Program-made: the position numbers and the translations under genes
Shown here: positions 10,404 to 18,743 of the stretch, piece after piece
Layout: each line of letters starts with the position of its first letter
Numbering within the stretch: position 1 is the first letter of the stretch
NCBI GenBank assembly: GCA_006226545.1
Contig: SBGR01000010.1
Coordinates: 22,237 to 86,236, forward strand
Direction: 5' to 3'
Source of the DNA: Bacteroidota bacterium
GTDB lineage: Bacteria; Bacteroidota; Bacteroidia; UBA8524
Length of the DNA: 64,000 nt
The notes under the pieces: generated by a model
What the model was told of the DNA's origin: nothing
Database searches by the model: none
The model's input: the letters and a program-made list of their open reading frames with translations, nothing else

Positions 10404-11438
10404 TTAATCTCCTTTCCGCTCAGCTAAGACTCGTTTTGCTGCGGCAACAGCTACTTCATGGTGAGTGCCTGGATTTGAAACGATGTTTTTCAAAAAGGCT
10501 TCATCTTTATGCTTATAACGATGGAAGAACCGATTCTCCTTTTTCTGTTTCGCCCTTAGTTCTCTTTGAGTAGGAATGGAAGAACGCAAATAGGGATAAA
10601 CAAAGACCCTCTCTCTGGGCTTTTTGCTGAGCCGCGTAGCAAGCTTTTCGGTTTCCGCACTCAAGCTACTCAAGTAATAGCACCTTGTAGCCGTTTGTAT
10701 ACGCAAGAAACTAAGCTCAAAGATTCGTTTATCCACTTTGGGTTGTCGGCACACATCGACAAATTGCATTTCAGTAAAGGGAATAGCTCTTTTTTCTTGT
10801 TCGTGCAATAGATAAAGGGTCTTGGTCTTCCAGTCGATGTTCCATTCAGCGCGTTTATCGTTGAAGTAGTACGAAAGAATTAAAATGCCCGGAGGAAGTA
10901 TGAATAGCAGAACTGCACCGGCAAACAGGAATACGAACCAAATGATATACGGATCCATGTTTTCGGAGTTAAAGAGAATAATTCCCAAGTGTGATGGGAC
11001 AATGATGAGTAAACTGCTGAACAAACCCAGGAACCCATAATTCAGTTTGGGCGTAAAGACTTGAGTTTCGGGTGAGGGAGTAATCTTATGACCTTCCTGT
11101 TTCGACAGTTTTCCGGAGTAGAAATCGGCTACCAGTTGTTGCATTTGCCGATAGGAATCAACTTTGCCCGGATCTACTTCAAAATACCAATCGTTGGATG
11201 TGTCTTGATTTCGGTAGAAAAAGCGAACTCTGTTATTTTCCTCCCTGGCTATCTCCAAATAATGCTCATCGCTATGGTAAATGGTGATGGCGGGATATTC
11301 TTCTTCTGAATTTTCTGTGCGCTTCCATTCTGCTTCCCATGGGAATGTCTCAAATACTTCTAGGAATTGCTCTGATGTGATGAGAGCATCATTTCCTAAA
11401 GAAGGGTCATGTGTTACTTTATAGCGAAGGGGTTTCAC
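10404..11438 (-). CDS. Hypothetical membrane protein with two central TM helices
   Basis: 344-aa ORF with two hydrophobic helices; no motif recognised. Confidence 0.7.
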   Translation of the reverse strand: MKPLRYKVTHDPSLGNDALITSEQFLEVFETFPWEAEWKRTENSEEEYPAITIYHSDEHYLEIAREENNRVRFFYRNQDTSNDWYFEVDPGKVDSYRQMQQLVADFYSGKLSKQEGHKITPSPETQVFTPKLNYGFLGLFSSLLIIVPSHLGIILFNSENMDPYIIWFVFLFAGAVLLFILPPGILILSYYFNDKRAEWNIDWKTKTLYLLHEQEKRAIPFTEMQFVDVCRQPKVDKRIFELSFLRIQTATRCYYLSSLSAETEKLATRLSKKPRERVFVYPYLRSSIPTQRELRAKQKKENRFFHRYKHKDEAFLKNIVSNPGTHHEVAVAAAKRVLAERKGD

Positions 11439-11486
11439 TGCTGTGAAGATAGGAATTTGAGGAATGGGGTTGAGGATTTAGGTCAT

Positions 11487-11513
11487 TAGCGGCGACGCAT
11501 GCGGCGCCACTAC
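11487..11513. repeat. REP-like palindrome, degenerate copy 2
   Basis: TAGCGGCGACGCATGCGGCGCCACTAC shares the GGCGACGCATGCG core with copy 1 and ends in CTAC (reverse complement of GTAG). Confidence 0.6.
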
Positions 11514-11642
11514 CGAAGGTTAAGCAATTTGGGTGTAGCCTTAGGTCAATACCTGACCTATTAAAGCTTGGTCTAAATGCCTTAACGTCTTGATGTCCTA
11601 ACGTCAACAATTCCAATTCTCATGTCACTACATCTATTTTAT

Positions 11643-11672
11643 TTTGAAAACTTTCATTTTCAATTACATTTG
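11643..11672 (+). promoter_or_regulatory. Promoter of the arg leader (-33 TTTG and -7 TACATTTG)
   Basis: TTTG at 11643-11646 and TACATTTG at 11665-11672, 10 nt before the leader ATG. Confidence 0.75.
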
Positions 11673-11682
11673 CAACCACAAA

Positions 11683-11742
11683 ATGAAACAAGTACTACTG
11701 AACTATAGATCACTTAGACGCAGGCCATACGCGGCAGGCTAA
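11683..11742 (+). CDS. Putative arginine-operon leader peptide MKQVLLNYRSLRRRPYAAG
   Basis: ATG 11683 to TAA 11742 with A-rich initiation context; Arg codons AGA, then AGA-CGC-AGG in tandem; lies between a promoter and a terminator ahead of the arg genes. Confidence 0.8.
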   Translation: MKQVLLNYRSLRRRPYAAG

Positions 11743-11774
11743 GGGTGTGTTCAGCAGTGAAAGAGATAAACCCG

Positions 11775-11803
11775 AAAGGCTTGCCGCATGGCAGGCCTTT
11801 TTT
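11775..11803 (+). terminator. Attenuator terminator in the arg leader
   Basis: AAAGGCTTGCC-GCAT-GGCAGGCC-TTTTTT, located upstream of the first structural gene. Confidence 0.85.
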
Positions 11804-11948
11804 GTTTTTATCGCTAAAGATTTGACTACATGAATTTAACAGACATGCTACATAGAAAAACGATACTTCGAAGTGCAAACCGACAAACGCATTTTGAACA
11901 GATTCAATCCATTCACGACATGTTAAACTATACCTAGCTGTACGCTAA

Positions 11949-12632
11949 ATGAACATATTTAAACCGAAGTTTAAAGTGCAGGTAGCCGATGAGCGGCACT
12001 TACCTTATGCACAAACCATCGTTGATGAGATGGAAGCTTCCGCCAAAGTGCGAGGCACCGGTATAGCGAAACGCAGTCCGGAATTTATCATCAAAAAAAT
12101 ACAGGAGGGCAAAGCTGTCATCGCTTTAAGCTCCTCCGGTGAATGGGCCGGATTCTGTTATATCGAATCTTGGAGCCACGGTCAATTTGTGGCAAACTCC
12201 GGCCTTATAGTCAATCCCGCCTTCAGAAAAAGCGGATTGGCCAAAGAAATCAAGGAACGCATCTTTCAACTATCACGCTCCCGTTACCCTGAGGCTAAAA
12301 TATTTGGACTCACCACCGGATTAGCCGTGATGAAGATTAATTCCGACCTGGGCTACGAACCCGTTACATACCAGGAACTCACCACCGACGAAGATTTTTG
12401 GAGCGGCTGCAAGAGCTGCGTCAACTACGATATTCTCATGGCCAAAGAGCGCAAGAACTGCCTCTGCACCGCCATGTTATACAACCCAGAAGAAAACGTA
12501 ATCAAAAAGTGGAAAGGACGAAGGCTGGATTTTTCCCGCCACTCCGACCTGTATGAACGGTATATGCGCATCAAGAAGAGTCGCTTGTTGCGCTGGATTA
12601 ATAAAGTAAAAGAGCCCAAAACACAAAAATGA
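11949..12632 (+). CDS. GNAT N-acyltransferase, putative N-acyl-glutamate synthase (ArgA function)
   Basis: VANSGLIVxPxFRxSGLA acyl-CoA motif; FWxGCxSC; first gene of the arg operon. Confidence 0.8.
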   Translation: MNIFKPKFKVQVADERHLPYAQTIVDEMEASAKVRGTGIAKRSPEFIIKKIQEGKAVIALSSSGEWAGFCYIESWSHGQFVANSGLIVNPAFRKSGLAKEIKERIFQLSRSRYPEAKIFGLTTGLAVMKINSDLGYEPVTYQELTTDEDFWSGCKSCVNYDILMAKERKNCLCTAMLYNPEENVIKKWKGRRLDFSRHSDLYERYMRIKKSRLLRWINKVKEPKTQK

Positions 12633-13843
12633 CAAAACGCGTAGTATTGGCCTATAGCGGAGGACTAGATACTTCCTATTGTGCCCTTTACCTGAGCAAG
12701 GAACTCGGCTATGAGGTCATTGCCGTAACCATCAATACCGGTGGTTTTTCAACCGAAGAATTGGAACAAATTGGCGATAGGGCCTTGAAAGCCGGCGTAG
12801 CGAAATACGAGGTACTCGAAGAAACCCAACGCTATTACGATAAAGTAGTACAATACCTTCTTTTTGGTAATGTGCTTAAAAATCAAACGTATCCACTTTC
12901 CGTAAGTGCCGAACGTATCGCTCAAGCATCTGCCTTGGCTGCCTATGCCAAAAAAGTCAATGCGGCTGCTGTAGCGCACGGGAGCACCGGAGCAGGAAAC
13001 GACCAGATTCGCTTCGATATGATTCTACAAAACCTGCTGCCGGGCATCGAATTGATCACCCCCATCCGCGATAAACAACTGAGTCGCGAGGAGGAAATCA
13101 ATTACCTGCACCAAGCCGGACTAGATTTCCCTTCGTCCAAAGCGACCTACAGCATTAACCAAGGACTTTGGGGAACTTCGGTAGGAGGCAAAGAAACACT
13201 CAACTCACGTCAAAACCTTCCTGAATCAGCTTGGCCTATTCAAGTGAGCAAGTCGGAGCCTGAAACAGTGCAAATCCGTTTTGAGAAAGGTCAGCCCGTA
13301 TCGGTAAACAATATTCGTTTTGCTCATCCAATTCAAGTGATCAAAGCCTTACACAGAATTGCATCGCCGTTTGGCATCGGCAGAGACATTCACGTGGGCG
13401 ATACGATTCTCGGAATCAAAGGCCGTGTTGGGTTTGAAGCAGCCGCGCCCCTCATCCTCATCAAAGCACACCACTTATTGGAGAAACACGTACTTACCAA
13501 ATCACAGCTCGCGTGGAAAGAGCAGATTGCACAATTTTACGGTAACAATCTACACGAAGGTTTATACCTCGATCCGGTGATGCGCAACATGGAGGCTTTC
13601 TTGGAAAGCAGCCAAGAAAAAGTGAGCGGCAATGTTTTTATCAAACTTTACCCTTACCGTTTTGAGCTGGAAGGCATTGAATCGGAACACGACCTTATGT
13701 CGTCTAAGTTTGGAACATACGGCGAAATGAACCGCGCCTGGTCTGCCGAAGACGCCAAAGGGTTTATCCGCATCTACGGAAACCAAAATACCATGTACTA
13801 TCAGATTAACAAGGAGGAGAACCCATACCATGAATACAATTAA
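12629..13843 (+). CDS. argG: Argininosuccinate synthase
   Basis: LAYSGGLDTS; AHGSTGAGNDQIRF. Confidence 0.97.
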   Translation: MTKRVVLAYSGGLDTSYCALYLSKELGYEVIAVTINTGGFSTEELEQIGDRALKAGVAKYEVLEETQRYYDKVVQYLLFGNVLKNQTYPLSVSAERIAQASALAAYAKKVNAAAVAHGSTGAGNDQIRFDMILQNLLPGIELITPIRDKQLSREEEINYLHQAGLDFPSSKATYSINQGLWGTSVGGKETLNSRQNLPESAWPIQVSKSEPETVQIRFEKGQPVSVNNIRFAHPIQVIKALHRIASPFGIGRDIHVGDTILGIKGRVGFEAAAPLILIKAHHLLEKHVLTKSQLAWKEQIAQFYGNNLHEGLYLDPVMRNMEAFLESSQEKVSGNVFIKLYPYRFELEGIESEHDLMSSKFGTYGEMNRAWSAEDAKGFIRIYGNQNTMYYQINKEENPYHEYN

Positions 13844-14810
13844 AGTAGGCATTGCCGGTGCTGCCGGATATACAGGCGGAGAATTGATACGCATCTTACT
13901 TCGTCACCCTCAGGTAGAAATTGCATTTGCACACAGCAATAGCTCAGCCGGGAAAAAATGGTATGAGGTGCACCACGATTTACTTGGAATAACAGACCGC
14001 GGATTTACTGCCGGTTTTTCGCAAGACATCGACGTGCTTTTTCTCTGTGTTGGCCACGGCGCCGCACGTAAGTTTATGGAAGAGACGCCGCTCAACTCTC
14101 ACATTAAAGTGATTGATTTGAGCACCGACTTCCGTCACCAGGCTTCCAATAACTTCGACGACCGTAACTTTGTCTATGGCCTTCCTGAGCTGAACCGCGA
14201 CGCCATCGCTAAGGCTTCCAATATCGCTAATCCGGGCTGCTTTGCTTCAGCCATCCAATTGGCTTTATTGCCTTTGGCTGCGGCAGGTAAATTAACGAGC
14301 GAAGTACATATTCAAGCCACCACAGGTTCTACCGGTGCCGGACAAAAACCTACAGCTAGCTCGCATTTCTCTTGGCGCAACAATAACCTCTCGGTATACA
14401 AAGCGCTCGATCACCAACACATGCAAGAGATTACAGAAAGCCTAGCGTCGCAACAATCGGCTTTGCCGGCCATCCATTTTATTCCGCAAAGAGGCAATTT
14501 CACCCGCGGCATCATGTCGGTGGCTCAAGTGCAATCTGATTTGTCACAACAAGAAGCGGAAGCTTTGTTTAGCGAATACTATGCAAACCATCCATTTACC
14601 CATGTTGCGCCGTTCGACCTGGATTTGAAGCAGGTGGTAAATACCAATTTCTGCTATATCCAAGTGGTGAAACAAGGCAATCAGTTGCTCATCATTTCCA
14701 TCCTCGATAACCTTTTGAAAGGGGCCTCAGGCCAAGCGGTTCAAAACATGAATCTGATGTTTGGCTTGGAAGAAAATACCGGACTCCAACTTAAAGCTTC
14801 TGCCTTCTAA
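13830..14810 (+). CDS. argC: N-acyl-gamma-glutamyl-phosphate reductase
   Basis: GAAGYTG; IANPGCF; DNLLKGASGQAVQNMN. Confidence 0.97.
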   Translation: MNTIKVGIAGAAGYTGGELIRILLRHPQVEIAFAHSNSSAGKKWYEVHHDLLGITDRGFTAGFSQDIDVLFLCVGHGAARKFMEETPLNSHIKVIDLSTDFRHQASNNFDDRNFVYGLPELNRDAIAKASNIANPGCFASAIQLALLPLAAAGKLTSEVHIQATTGSTGAGQKPTASSHFSWRNNNLSVYKALDHQHMQEITESLASQQSALPAIHFIPQRGNFTRGIMSVAQVQSDLSQQEAEALFSEYYANHPFTHVAPFDLDLKQVVNTNFCYIQVVKQGNQLLIISILDNLLKGASGQAVQNMNLMFGLEENTGLQLKASAF

Positions 14811-15949
14811 TGAAATTATTCGACGTTTATCCGCTTTACGATATCACGCCTGTGAAGGCTTCGGGCTCTCGCTTATGGGACGCTCAGGGTAAAGAATACC
14901 TCGACTTATACGGAGGTCATGCGGTAATCTCTATTGGTCATTCTCATCCGCATTACGTGCAACGCATCACCGAGCAATTGAACCAAATTGGCTTTTACAG
15001 CAATGCGGTGAAAATGCCTTTGCAGGAAGAGCTAGCGTATAAATTGGGTGAGCTTTCAGGCTATACCGATTATGCTTTATTTCTTTCCAACTCAGGCGCT
15101 GAGGCCAATGAGAATGCCTTGAAGGTGGCTTCATTTTACAACGGAAGAAAGAAGGTATTGGTGCTAAAAAACTCCTTCCACGGAAGAACATCACTTGCGG
15201 TGGCAGCTACCGATAATCCCAAAATTGTGGCCCCGGTAAACGAAGCTGAATTCATTCAGTTTATCCCCATCAACGATGAGCAAGCCTTAAGCGAAGCGAT
15301 GGATGAAACAGTTTGCGCCGTGATGCTCGAGGGCATTCAAGGTGTAGGTGGTATTCATGTGCCCAGTGTTTCTTATTTGCAAAAGGTGCGCTCTTTATGT
15401 GATCAGTTTGGCTCAGTCATGATTCTAGACGAGGTGCAATCGGGTTACGGTAGAAGCGGTTATTTCTTCGCTCACCAATACGCCGAGGTAAAACCGGATA
15501 TCATCACCGTAGCCAAAGGCATGGGTAATGGTTTTCCGGTAGCCGGCACTTTACTATCGCCTAAGTTTGAAGCGAAACACGGTATGCTAGGCACCACTTT
15601 CGGAGGTAACTACCTCGCATCCGCTGCGGCCATCGCCGTATTGGAAGTGATCAAAGAGGAAAACCTCATTCAACATTCGGCTGAACTTGGGGCCTATACC
15701 ATTGAACAACTCAAGGGAATCTCCGGTATCACGGAAGTTCGCGGCATGGGTTTGATGATTGGCATCAGTTTGCCGTATTCTTCTGCAGCCGTTCGCAAGA
15801 ACTTGTTGATGGAACACGGCATCTTTACCGGATCGGCTTCCGACCCAAATACCTTACGACTCTTACCGGCGCTCAATGTGAGCAAAGCCGATATCGATAC
15901 TTTCTTAGACGCATTAAAGAGTGAAGTGATGAAAGGGCAGGCTTCGTGA
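14810..15949 (+). CDS. argD: Acetyl/succinyl-ornithine aminotransferase
   Basis: Class III PLP aminotransferase (NSGAEANE, FHGRT, DEVQSG, AKGMG, GTTFGG) within the arg operon. Confidence 0.92.
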   Translation: MKLFDVYPLYDITPVKASGSRLWDAQGKEYLDLYGGHAVISIGHSHPHYVQRITEQLNQIGFYSNAVKMPLQEELAYKLGELSGYTDYALFLSNSGAEANENALKVASFYNGRKKVLVLKNSFHGRTSLAVAATDNPKIVAPVNEAEFIQFIPINDEQALSEAMDETVCAVMLEGIQGVGGIHVPSVSYLQKVRSLCDQFGSVMILDEVQSGYGRSGYFFAHQYAEVKPDIITVAKGMGNGFPVAGTLLSPKFEAKHGMLGTTFGGNYLASAAAIAVLEVIKEENLIQHSAELGAYTIEQLKGISGITEVRGMGLMIGISLPYSSAAVRKNLLMEHGIFTGSASDPNTLRLLPALNVSKADIDTFLDALKSEVMKGQAS

Positions 15950-16923
15950 AAAATTTCATGGGAACAGCAGATGTGAGCGATGTGCAGCAACTGCTGGATG
16001 AAGCCTTGAATCTTAAGGCCGATCCGCAATCTGCAGCTGATATTGGAGCCGGCCTGAAGTTGGGATTGGTGTTTTTAAACCCAAGCCTGCGCACCCGACT
16101 CAGCACCGAAATGGCGGCTAAAAACCTCGGCATGGACGTGCAGGTTTTGAACATGAGCTCGGATGCGTGGGCCATGGAGTTTGAAGAAGGAGCCATCATG
16201 AATGCCGACAAAGCCGAACACATCAAAGAGGCAGCCGGCGTAATCGGACGTTATTTTGATATCATCGGATTGCGGAGTTTTCCGGGTTTGAAAGACCGCG
16301 ATGCAGACGATGAAGAACGCATCTTTAAAGCGTTTGAAAAGTATACGGCAAAGCCGATGCTCAGCCTGGAAAGTGCAACTCGTCACCCGCTGCAAAGCCT
16401 CGCCGACTTGATCACCATCGCTGAACACAGCAAAAAGAAAAGACCGAAAATCGCCTTGACCTGGGCGCCTCACGTAAAGGCATTGCCTCAAGCTGTTCCT
16501 CATTCCTTTGCCGAGTGGATGTTGGCAGCCTGTCATGAACTGCATATTGTCCATCCTCCAGGACTGGAACTTGACCCATCCTTTACCGATGGGGCCATCA
16601 TCACACACAACCAAGAAGAGGCATTGGAAGATGCCGACTTCATCTACGTGAAGAACTGGTCGATGCGCGAACCTTACGGCAAAGCATATGAAGGGGGTGC
16701 AGATTGGCTCTTGACCGAAGACAAGCTGAAACAGGCGCCTGAGGCAAAGATTATGCATTGCTTGCCGGTACGTCGGAATGTGGAATTGAGCGATGAACTG
16801 CTCGACTCACCTCGTTCGCTCGTATTGGACCAGGCAGAGAATAGACTTTGGTCGGCAACGGCCGTATTACGCAGAATGATAATTGAACTCCATGAAAAAC
16901 AAGGAAGAACTGTGGGTGCTTAA
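15946..16923 (+). CDS. argF: N-succinyl/N-acetyl-ornithine carbamoyltransferase (ArgF')
   Basis: FLNPSLRT, HPLQ, TWAPHxKALPQAV and HCLPVRR motifs of the AOTCase/SOTCase subfamily. Confidence 0.92.
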   Translation: MKNFMGTADVSDVQQLLDEALNLKADPQSAADIGAGLKLGLVFLNPSLRTRLSTEMAAKNLGMDVQVLNMSSDAWAMEFEEGAIMNADKAEHIKEAAGVIGRYFDIIGLRSFPGLKDRDADDEERIFKAFEKYTAKPMLSLESATRHPLQSLADLITIAEHSKKKRPKIALTWAPHVKALPQAVPHSFAEWMLAACHELHIVHPPGLELDPSFTDGAIITHNQEEALEDADFIYVKNWSMREPYGKAYEGGADWLLTEDKLKQAPEAKIMHCLPVRRNVELSDELLDSPRSLVLDQAENRLWSATAVLRRMIIELHEKQGRTVGA

Positions 16924-17695
16924 AGTTGGCGGGAAAGTCTTGGAAGATGAAATGGCTTTGGCCACCTTTCTGGATCAACTCGCTACTTCAGGCAAACGTT
17001 TTATCTTGGTTCACGGCGGAGGCAAACATGCCAGCGCCTTGGCTGAAAAGCTTGGCATTCCGCAACAGATGGTAGATGGCAGACGCATCACTGATGAGGC
17101 CACGCTGGAGCTTGCTTTGATGAGCTATGCCGGTCTCCTCAATAAAAAGGTAGTGGCCCAATTGCAAGGTCGCGGTATCAATGCCGTTGGCTTAAGCGGT
17201 GCCGACGGAAATACGGTTCCGGCCATGAAACGCCCGGTTGGCGATATAGACTACGGCTGGGTGGGAGATCCAATCCCGGGTGAAGTCAACAAACTTTTTC
17301 TTTTAACGCTACTTCACGGAAATTTGAGTCCGGTATTCTGCGCCTTGACCCACGATAAAATGGGCCATATGCTCAATACCAATGCCGATACCATGGCGCA
17401 AACCCTGGCCATCGCGATGAGTCACCATTACCGCGTTAAACTTCTCTACCTTTTCGAAAAGAAAGGCGTACTGCGCGATCTAGACCGCGAAGACAGTTTA
17501 ATTCCGTTAATCAGACGTACAGATATTCAAGCGCTGAGCGATACGGGAGTCATATCAGAAGGCATGTTGCCCAAGTTGCAGAATGCCGCCAAAGCCGTTG
17601 AAGCCGGCGTAGAGGCTGTACTCATTGGTGCAGCCAGTCAGTTGCCTCATATTTTAAGCGACGAAGCAGAATCAGCTACCCATGTCATCGATTGA
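16892..17695 (+). CDS. argB: Acylglutamate kinase
   Basis: LKVGG; VHGGG; GRRITD; NTNAD; GMLPK. Confidence 0.95.
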   Translation: MKNKEELWVLKVGGKVLEDEMALATFLDQLATSGKRFILVHGGGKHASALAEKLGIPQQMVDGRRITDEATLELALMSYAGLLNKKVVAQLQGRGINAVGLSGADGNTVPAMKRPVGDIDYGWVGDPIPGEVNKLFLLTLLHGNLSPVFCALTHDKMGHMLNTNADTMAQTLAIAMSHHYRVKLLYLFEKKGVLRDLDREDSLIPLIRRTDIQALSDTGVISEGMLPKLQNAAKAVEAGVEAVLIGAASQLPHILSDEAESATHVID

Positions 17696-18743
17696 AACCT
17701 ATACCGAAGAATCGCTTGAGCTCTTAGCGCAACTCTTGAAAATTCCGGCTTTGTCAGGTCAAGAAGCAGCCAAAGCAGATGCGCTGGAAGCCTGGCTCCA
17801 AGAACGACAGTACGAGGTTCAGCGATTTGGGAATAACCTGGTAATGAGTCATAATCCGAATGTGGAGCTTAAGGTATTACTGCATTCGCATATTGATACG
17901 GTGAAGCCTGCATCCAGCTGGACTCAAGATCCTTATGCTGCCAGTTGGGAGAACGGAAAACTGACTGCCCTAGGTAGCAACGATGCCGGTGCTTCAGTAA
18001 TCAGTATGTTGGCTGCCTTTCGTTATTTAAAATCAATCAATTGGCCTTATGGCTTGTATTGGGTGGCCGGAGCAGAAGAAGAAAACTCCGGTTCGGGAGG
18101 TTTATCGGCTTTGCTGCCCCATTTGCCTGAATTCAGCCTAGCCATCGCCGGTGAGCCTACTTCGCTCAAAGCGGCTGTGGCAGAAAAAGGTTTGATGGTG
18201 ATAGACGGCGAAGTGAAAGGCGTGGCCGGACATGCTGCTAGAGAAGAAGGGGTGAACGCCATTTACGAGGCTTTAGCAGATATTGAATTTTTCCGCGACT
18301 ATCGTTTTGAGAAGGATTCGGAGTTTTTAGGTCCGGTAAAAATGAACCTAACCGTTGCTCAAGCAGGCGAAAAACACAATAGCATTCCGGATAGTTTTCG
18401 CTATACCGTAGACGTGCGCCTAAACGAAATGTATACCCACGAAGAAGTGCTTGAAATCGTGCAATCGCATTGTAAGGGACAACTCAGCATGCGAAGCAAT
18501 CGCTTAAAACCAAGTGCTACTCCGGTAAATCATCCGGTGCGAACAGCGCTGAGAAATATGGCGATCGAGCAATACGGTTCACCAACCTTATCAGACCAGG
18601 CTTTGATGCCCTGGCCATCGCTCAAAATGGGTCCCGGCGATTCTGCCCGCTCCCATACAGCCGATGAATTTATTCTGGACAGTGAGATAAAAGAGGCTGT
18701 GCAGACCTATATCCAACTTTTACAAAACACCTATTCGAAATGA
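17682..18743 (+). CDS. argE: M20 deacylase (ArgE-like, N-acyl-citrulline/ornithine deacylase)
   Basis: SHIDTV, GSNDAG, EEE, GEPT and SHTADE motifs; arg operon context. Confidence 0.85.
   Translation: MSSIETYTEESLELLAQLLKIPALSGQEAAKADALEAWLQERQYEVQRFGNNLVMSHNPNVELKVLLHSHIDTVKPASSWTQDPYAASWENGKLTALGSNDAGASVISMLAAFRYLKSINWPYGLYWVAGAEEENSGSGGLSALLPHLPEFSLAIAGEPTSLKAAVAEKGLMVIDGEVKGVAGHAAREEGVNAIYEALADIEFFRDYRFEKDSEFLGPVKMNLTVAQAGEKHNSIPDSFRYTVDVRLNEMYTHEEVLEIVQSHCKGQLSMRSNRLKPSATPVNHPVRTALRNMAIEQYGSPTLSDQALMPWPSLKMGPGDSARSHTADEFILDSEIKEAVQTYIQLLQNTYSK

Noticed and set aside
11600-11948. T-box, riboswitch or canonical ARG boxes in the arg leader
   Set aside because: No T-box GGTGGNACC motif and no TGAAT-N4-ATTCA box were seen; the leader-peptide model explains the hairpins.
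16075-16758. 227-aa antisense ORF, and similar shadows such as 7379-7906 and 19109-19513
   Set aside because: Entirely antisense to conserved enzymes, with no motifs.
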